Of a stretch of 64,000 nucleotides of DNA, positions 59,094-64,000 are shown one piece after another; within the stretch, counting starts at the first letter, position 1; the number at the start of each line of letters is the position of its first letter. The notes beneath the pieces are model-generated. The model saw nothing but the letters and a program-made list of their open reading frames with translations. It did not search any database and was not told the DNA's origin. A program made the position numbers and the translations under genes. This stretch comes from Candidatus Iainarchaeum sp. (GTDB taxonomy: Archaea; Iainarchaeota; Iainarchaeia; Iainarchaeales; UBA10219). The stretch covers positions 96,001 through 160,000 of the forward strand of contig JAGVWE010000004.1 in the NCBI GenBank assembly GCA_018304425.1. Reading direction: 5' to 3'.

Positions 59094-60209
59094 TCAAACC
59101 ATGCCCTGGACGGCAAGCGCCGAGGCAAGGGCCTCCGCGGCCACCTCATGCCCGGCCGCATTCCAGTGCCCGTCCACCGGCAGGTTCAGGGCCCCTGCCT
59201 GCCTTGCCTCCTTTAGCGCCGGCAAAAGGTCCAGGACGGCCAGTCCCTGGCCTCTGGCAAACCCCTGCAAGGCCTGGTCCGGCTTCTCCAAGTCAAACCC
59301 GTTGGACTCCAACCCGAATTGCCGCCGGACGGCTTCCCATTTTTCCCCGTCATACTGCATCTGCGTGGGAATGACCACGAGCAGGGGCTCCGCCCCGGCC
59401 TCCCGCGAAACCCGCGCCATCTCGGCCACCACCGCCTGGCTGACTTCCATGCCTGCTTCGATGTCCGGCGAATAGTCTTTGCGCAGCATCTCAAACTCGT
59501 TCAAGGCAACGCCTTCCCCGCTAGCTGCCCTCGCCGCTAGGATGGTGCGGACCTGCTCGGACAGGAACGCGTACACCAAAAAGTTTTTCCGCAAAAACGA
59601 CCGGAATTCAAGGGCATTCAGTTCCTCGCCCGACAACAGGGGCTTCACGCGCTTCAGCTTCCCCTCTTCCACCACGAAAAACTTTTTCGTGAAGGAGTCA
59701 ATGGCGTCATTGCCCACGTAGAACGCGATGACCACCACGTCCGGTTTGAGCTTCACGCCCTCGCGCCGCAACCAAATCAGTTCCTGGTCAGGGCCCCAGC
59801 CGAACACGCCCGCGTTGATTACCTCGACCGTTTTCCCCCGTGACTGCAACGACTCCTCGAGCCTCGCCGGAAAAGCCTCGGCCTGCTTCACGCCGTACCC
59901 GAACGGATAACTGTCCCCCAGCACGAGCACGCGTTTCACGCCCGGCCGCTTTTCCCCGACTTCCGCATCCCGGAGGCCCAGGGCATTCGTTTGAACAACC
60001 ATTTCAAAGTCCCGTGCCCTGACCAAAGCGTGGTGGCTGGGAGCGAGTTTGCGCTCGAGTTCCGCATCGGGAGCATACAGCTCCGCCGCCGAGCTTATGT
60101 AGAAAATCCGGAGGGTGGCCTCAAACACCGCGAAAAACAGCACCACGGCGGCCAGGGACACCAACAGGTTCTTCCGCGTTTCCGCCTTCATGCCCGTGTC
60201 CCTTTTCAC
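59094..60209 (-). CDS. Membrane-anchored SGNH/GDSL hydrolase
   Basis: N-terminal TM, LGDS, NAG..G, GND, DGHWN. Confidence 0.9.
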   Translation of the reverse strand: MKRDTGMKAETRKNLLVSLAAVVLFFAVFEATLRIFYISSAAELYAPDAELERKLAPSHHALVRARDFEMVVQTNALGLRDAEVGEKRPGVKRVLVLGDSYPFGYGVKQAEAFPARLEESLQSRGKTVEVINAGVFGWGPDQELIWLRREGVKLKPDVVVIAFYVGNDAIDSFTKKFFVVEEGKLKRVKPLLSGEELNALEFRSFLRKNFLVYAFLSEQVRTILAARAASGEGVALNEFEMLRKDYSPDIEAGMEVSQAVVAEMARVSREAGAEPLLVVIPTQMQYDGEKWEAVRRQFGLESNGFDLEKPDQALQGFARGQGLAVLDLLPALKEARQAGALNLPVDGHWNAAGHEVAAEALASALAVQGMV

Positions 60210-61606
60210 TTTCTTGGCTTCAGGTTGGGTTTGGTCAGCGAAGCCGCGTTCAACCAGGCCCTCAACTGTTTGCCGTCCAGCCCGCTTTCCTCTGCCAACG
60301 CCTGCCGCACGCTCTTCCCCTGCTTCTGCGCGTGCTTCACGATTTCGGCTGCCCTCGCGTACCCGAGGACGGGCGTCAACGCCGTCGCGATGCCTGCCGA
60401 GTAATCAAAGTAGTAACCGCACGCCATCTTGTTCACCCGGATGCCACGCAGGCAGTCCCTTGCCAGGATTTTCGAGGCATTCGCCAGGATTTGCTGGCTC
60501 CGCCCTACATTCAACACCACGGAAGGTGCGAACACATTCAACTCCAGCTGCCCACCCATCGCCGCCAAGCGCACCGCATGCGCCAGCCCGGACACCTGGA
60601 AGCACACCATGTTCACGACTTCCGGCACGCTGGGGTTGACTTTTCCCGGCATGATGCTGGAACCCGGTTCAACCTCGGGGAGTTTCAACTCGTTGAACCC
60701 CGTGTACGGCCCCGAAGCCAGCAACCGCAAGTCGTTGCACAACCGGTTCAATTCAATCGCGTATTCCTCGACGGCATTCATCAGTTCCACGAAGTCCGCC
60801 ATCGAGTTCGTGGCCTCCACCAGGTTCCGCGCGTTGCCCAGCCGCAGCCCCGTAATCTTCCGCAGGTTCTTCACCATTGCCCCCGCAAATCGCGGGTGCG
60901 AGTTCAGCCCGGTTCCCACTGCCGTTCCCCCGATGCCCAGCAGGCGCACGCTCTCGGTAGCCGTCTGAATCCGTTTCCGAGCCTTTCCCATGCCCTCCGC
61001 ATACGCCGCGAACTCCTGTCCCAGCGTAATCGGCACCGCGTCCTGCAGGTGCGTGCGCGCGGACTTCAGCACGCGCCGGAATTCCTTCGCCTTCCGCTTG
61101 CACGCGGCCTCCACCACTTCAACGCCTTCCAGCAGTTCTTCCGCTTGCTTCAAGGCCATCAGCCTTCCAGCGGTGGGGATGACATCGTTGCTGGACTGGC
61201 CCAGGTTCACGTGGTCGTTCGGATGAACGCGGTCGTACTTTCCCTTTTTCCCGCTCAGCAACTCATTAGCGCGGTTGGCGATGACTTCGTTGGCGTTCAT
61301 GTTCCAAGGCGTTCCGCCGCCAGCCGTGAACGCATCCAATGCAAAGTCCTTGGCAAACCTTCCATGCAACGCCTCGCGCGCCGCCCTGACAATCGCAGCC
61401 CCTTTCTTCCGGTCGAGCACGCCCAGCCTGGCATTGGCCTGTGCCGCTGCGAGCTTGATTTCGAGGAGCGATTCAATCAGCAGTGGGGAAACCGGCCAGC
61501 CGCTGACCGGAAAGTTCTCCAGCGCCCGCTGGGTGAACACGCCATAATAGGCGTCCGCTGGCACTTTTTTCTTGCCCAACGAGTCCCTTTCCACCCGGAA
61601 ACGCAT
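60206..61606 (-). CDS. Aspartate ammonia-lyase / class II fumarase
   Basis: HPNDHVN.GQSSND, RTHLQDA.P, GSSIMPGKVNP. Confidence 0.93.
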   Translation of the reverse strand: MRFRVERDSLGKKKVPADAYYGVFTQRALENFPVSGWPVSPLLIESLLEIKLAAAQANARLGVLDRKKGAAIVRAAREALHGRFAKDFALDAFTAGGGTPWNMNANEVIANRANELLSGKKGKYDRVHPNDHVNLGQSSNDVIPTAGRLMALKQAEELLEGVEVVEAACKRKAKEFRRVLKSARTHLQDAVPITLGQEFAAYAEGMGKARKRIQTATESVRLLGIGGTAVGTGLNSHPRFAGAMVKNLRKITGLRLGNARNLVEATNSMADFVELMNAVEEYAIELNRLCNDLRLLASGPYTGFNELKLPEVEPGSSIMPGKVNPSVPEVVNMVCFQVSGLAHAVRLAAMGGQLELNVFAPSVVLNVGRSQQILANASKILARDCLRGIRVNKMACGYYFDYSAGIATALTPVLGYARAAEIVKHAQKQGKSVRQALAEESGLDGKQLRAWLNAASLTKPNLKPRK

Positions 61607-61670
61607 GAACCCATCCATGCAACCAAACGCCTTTAAACCCCTCTTTAGTCTATTATCAAGGGAGTTTGCC

Positions 61671-63383
61671 TTGGCTCAACCGGCTGAAACGATTGAATCC
61701 GATGTGCTCATTGTCGGGGCGGGAGGCGCAGGCTTACGTGCCGCGATTGCCTCCCTGGACGCCGGCGCGAACACGGTCATCCTCGGCAAGACCCTGGCCG
61801 GCAAAGCCCACACCGTCATGGCGGAAGGAGGCATCAACGCCGCGCTGGGCAACCTCGACCCCCAGGACAGCTGGCTCGTCCACGCCAAGGACACCATGGA
61901 GGAAGGCATCAACCTCTCCGACTGGCGCATCGTCGAAAAGATGTGCCGCGAGGCCCCGCAAGCCATCTCCGAACTAGAATCCTATGGCGCCATCTTCGAC
62001 CGCACCCCGGACGGGAAAATCATGCAGCGCCCCTTTGGCGCGCACACGTACCGGCGCACCTGCCACATTGGGGACATGACCGGCCTCGAAATGATGCACG
62101 TGCTCGTCGAACAAGTGCAGAAGCGCAATGGCCGCCTCATCGACGAAGTCTACTTGACTGACTTGCTCGTGGACGGCAACCGCTGCGTGGGCGCGGTCGG
62201 CTATGACTTGAAGAAGGGAAAGCTCCTGCAATTCAATGCGCGCGCGGTCATCCTCGCAACGGGGGGTTATGCGCGCGCCTACAAGCGCAACTCCAACGCC
62301 TGGGAGAACACGGGGGACGGAATCGCCATGGCCTACCACGTGGGAGCCATCCTCATGGACCTGGAGATGCTGCAATTCCATCCCACGGGCATGATTTGGC
62401 CGCCCAGCGCTTCCGGTATCCTGGTAACGGAGTCCGTGCGCGGCGAGGGCGGGTTGTTGTTCAACGCGAAGGGCGAGCGCTTCATGCCCAAGTACGACGC
62501 CAAGCGACTCGAGCTTTCCGCCCGCGACGTGGTCGCGCGCGCCATCTACAACGAAATCCTGGCGGGAAGGGGCACGGAGCATGGCGGGGTGTGGCTGGAC
62601 GTCACGCATCTTCCCGCCGAAAAGATCCTCAAGAAGCTGCCCCGCATGCACAAGCAGTTCCTCGAGTACGCTGGAGTGGACATCACCAAAGAAAAAATGG
62701 AGGTCGCGCCGACCGCGCACTACGCCATGGGCGGCATCAAGGTGGACCCGGCTACGAACAGGTCCAACGTACTCGGCCTCTTCGCGGTCGGCGAGGTCTC
62801 CGCGGGCGTGCACGGCGGCAACCGTCTGGGGGGAAATTCCTTGACCGAGCTCCTGGTGTTTGGCAAGCAAGCCGGCCAGGCCGCGGCTGCGTACGCGCTC
62901 CAGCAGTCGCCCGCGAAACCCGACGCCAAACAAGTCGAAGAAAAACTTGCGCAGATTACCGCGCCCCTCGAACGCAGGGAAGGCGTAAAGCCCGCCGAGC
63001 TCCGCGACCGCATCCGGGAAGCCATGTGGAAGGGCGTTGGGGTCAAGCGCACGGAAACCGGCTTGAAGCAAGCCATCGCCGAACTCGAAGCCGTCAAGGC
63101 CCTCGCACCCTCAATGAAGGTCTCCGGTTCCCTGGTCTACAACCAGGACCTCAACACGGCCATGGACGTCCGCAACATGCTGGTCGCGGCGGAGGCCACG
63201 GCGCGCGCGGCCCTCTACCGCGAGGAATCGCGTGGCGCGCACTATCGGGAGGACTTCCCGGAAACCAATGACGGAGTCTGGCGCGTGAACATCGTGATGT
63301 CCAAGGGCTTCAAGGGCTTCAATTTAAGCGTTTACCCTGTGCCCAGGCCGGAGGGCGAACTGGCGAAGGCAATCAAATGGTAG
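61671..63383 (+). CDS. sdhA: Succinate dehydrogenase/fumarate reductase flavoprotein
   Basis: GAGGAG, AHTVMAEGG, QFHPTG, HY.MGG, HG.NRLGGNSL, ESRGAH; TTG start after GGGAG. Confidence 0.93.
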   Translation: MAQPAETIESDVLIVGAGGAGLRAAIASLDAGANTVILGKTLAGKAHTVMAEGGINAALGNLDPQDSWLVHAKDTMEEGINLSDWRIVEKMCREAPQAISELESYGAIFDRTPDGKIMQRPFGAHTYRRTCHIGDMTGLEMMHVLVEQVQKRNGRLIDEVYLTDLLVDGNRCVGAVGYDLKKGKLLQFNARAVILATGGYARAYKRNSNAWENTGDGIAMAYHVGAILMDLEMLQFHPTGMIWPPSASGILVTESVRGEGGLLFNAKGERFMPKYDAKRLELSARDVVARAIYNEILAGRGTEHGGVWLDVTHLPAEKILKKLPRMHKQFLEYAGVDITKEKMEVAPTAHYAMGGIKVDPATNRSNVLGLFAVGEVSAGVHGGNRLGGNSLTELLVFGKQAGQAAAAYALQQSPAKPDAKQVEEKLAQITAPLERREGVKPAELRDRIREAMWKGVGVKRTETGLKQAIAELEAVKALAPSMKVSGSLVYNQDLNTAMDVRNMLVAAEATARAALYREESRGAHYREDFPETNDGVWRVNIVMSKGFKGFNLSVYPVPRPEGELAKAIKW

Positions 63384-63393
63384 GGGGAGTTGC

Positions 63394-64000
63394 ATGAAGG
63401 TACGCGTTTACCGCAGTGACGCCCGGCAACGGGACGCCAAACTCATAGCCTACGACGTCCCCTACACCAAGGGTATGCGCGTCCTCACCGCGCTTGAGTT
63501 CATCCAGGAACACCTCGACCCCACGCTTTCCTTCCGCTGGAACTGTGGGGCCGGCCAGTGCGGGAGCTGTGCCGCGGAAGTCAACGGCAAGCCGGTGCTC
63601 ACCTGCAAGACCGAAATCCGGGAGGGCATGCAGGACCTCTCCGTTTTTCCCCTGAAAGTCTTTCCCCCCGTCAAGGACCTCGTCGTCGACTTCGCCCCCG
63701 CGCAAAAGAAGCTCAAGGACCTGCGCGCCCACTTCACGCCCGCGCGCGAGAAAAAGCCCGGCGAATTCTATCGCCTGCAGGAATGGCAGGTGCAGGCCGC
63801 GCAGGAAATGCGCAAGTGCATTGACTGCTTCATCTGCTATGACGTCTGCCACGTCTTGCGCGACGCGCCGCACCTCAACTTCGTTGGACCACGCAACCTC
63901 GTCAAGGCGGCGGCCCAGGAATTCCATCCCCTGAACGTGGTCAACCGCGCGCCCCTCGTCGAGCAAGGCGGCTTGTCCGCCTGCAATGTCACCCGCTGCT
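63394..64000 (+). CDS. sdhB: Succinate dehydrogenase/fumarate reductase Fe-S subunit (truncated by window end)
   Basis: Manual translation MKVRVYR..., CGAGQCGSC..C, CIDCFICYDVC. Confidence 0.92.
   Translation, partial: MKVRVYRSDARQRDAKLIAYDVPYTKGMRVLTALEFIQEHLDPTLSFRWNCGAGQCGSCAAEVNGKPVLTCKTEIREGMQDLSVFPLKVFPPVKDLVVDFAPAQKKLKDLRAHFTPAREKKPGEFYRLQEWQVQAAQEMRKCIDCFICYDVCHVLRDAPHLNFVGPRNLVKAAAQEFHPLNVVNRAPLVEQGGLSACNVTRC

Noticed and set aside
57035-60209. Saxitoxin biosynthesis
   Set aside because: Core genes such as sxtA and sxtG are absent from the window

Overview
Archaeal window with high GC. Split RpoA and RpoB, extended r-proteins and many Arg-rich orphan genes suggest a DPANN lineage such as Diapherotrites/Iainarchaeota (inference). 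Bases 1-36.8 kb hold the minus-strand information-processing supercluster: rpoH-B''-B'-A'-A''-eL30-nusA-uS12-uS7-EF2 (with intein)-EF1a-uS10, an inserted block (two triple-HTH paralogs, archease, rtcB, a methyltransferase, two Tyr-rich secreted proteins), then the S10/spc operon from uL3 to secY. Bases 37-64 kb are accessory or metabolic: ribK-ribC-ribH, a frameshifted AdoMetDC-like gene, ALDH, a Cys-rich surface protein, a LigD phosphoesterase, two DUF4258-like/Zn-AbrB TA pairs, IscA, Rieske, a THUMP-less ThiI, an ArsR-sufC-sufB (with intein)-sufD-sufS-sufU operon, an sxtIJKL-like carbamoyltransferase cassette next to a geranylgeranyl reductase, AspA/FumC and SdhAB. The strongest unexplained signal is a repeated, covarying hairpin (8-bp stem, tandem GA/GA, inner GCCC..GGGC stem, often a UUCG loop) in three intercistronic spacers (before uL4, uL2 and rpoB'). 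Each copy lies inside a short ORF that bridges the upstream stop codon and the downstream SD/start. A fourth bridging ORF before uL18 carries a four-segment alternative-pairing switch. Together these suggest an undescribed translational-coupling or cis-regulatory system. No rRNA, tRNA or CRISPR was recognised.
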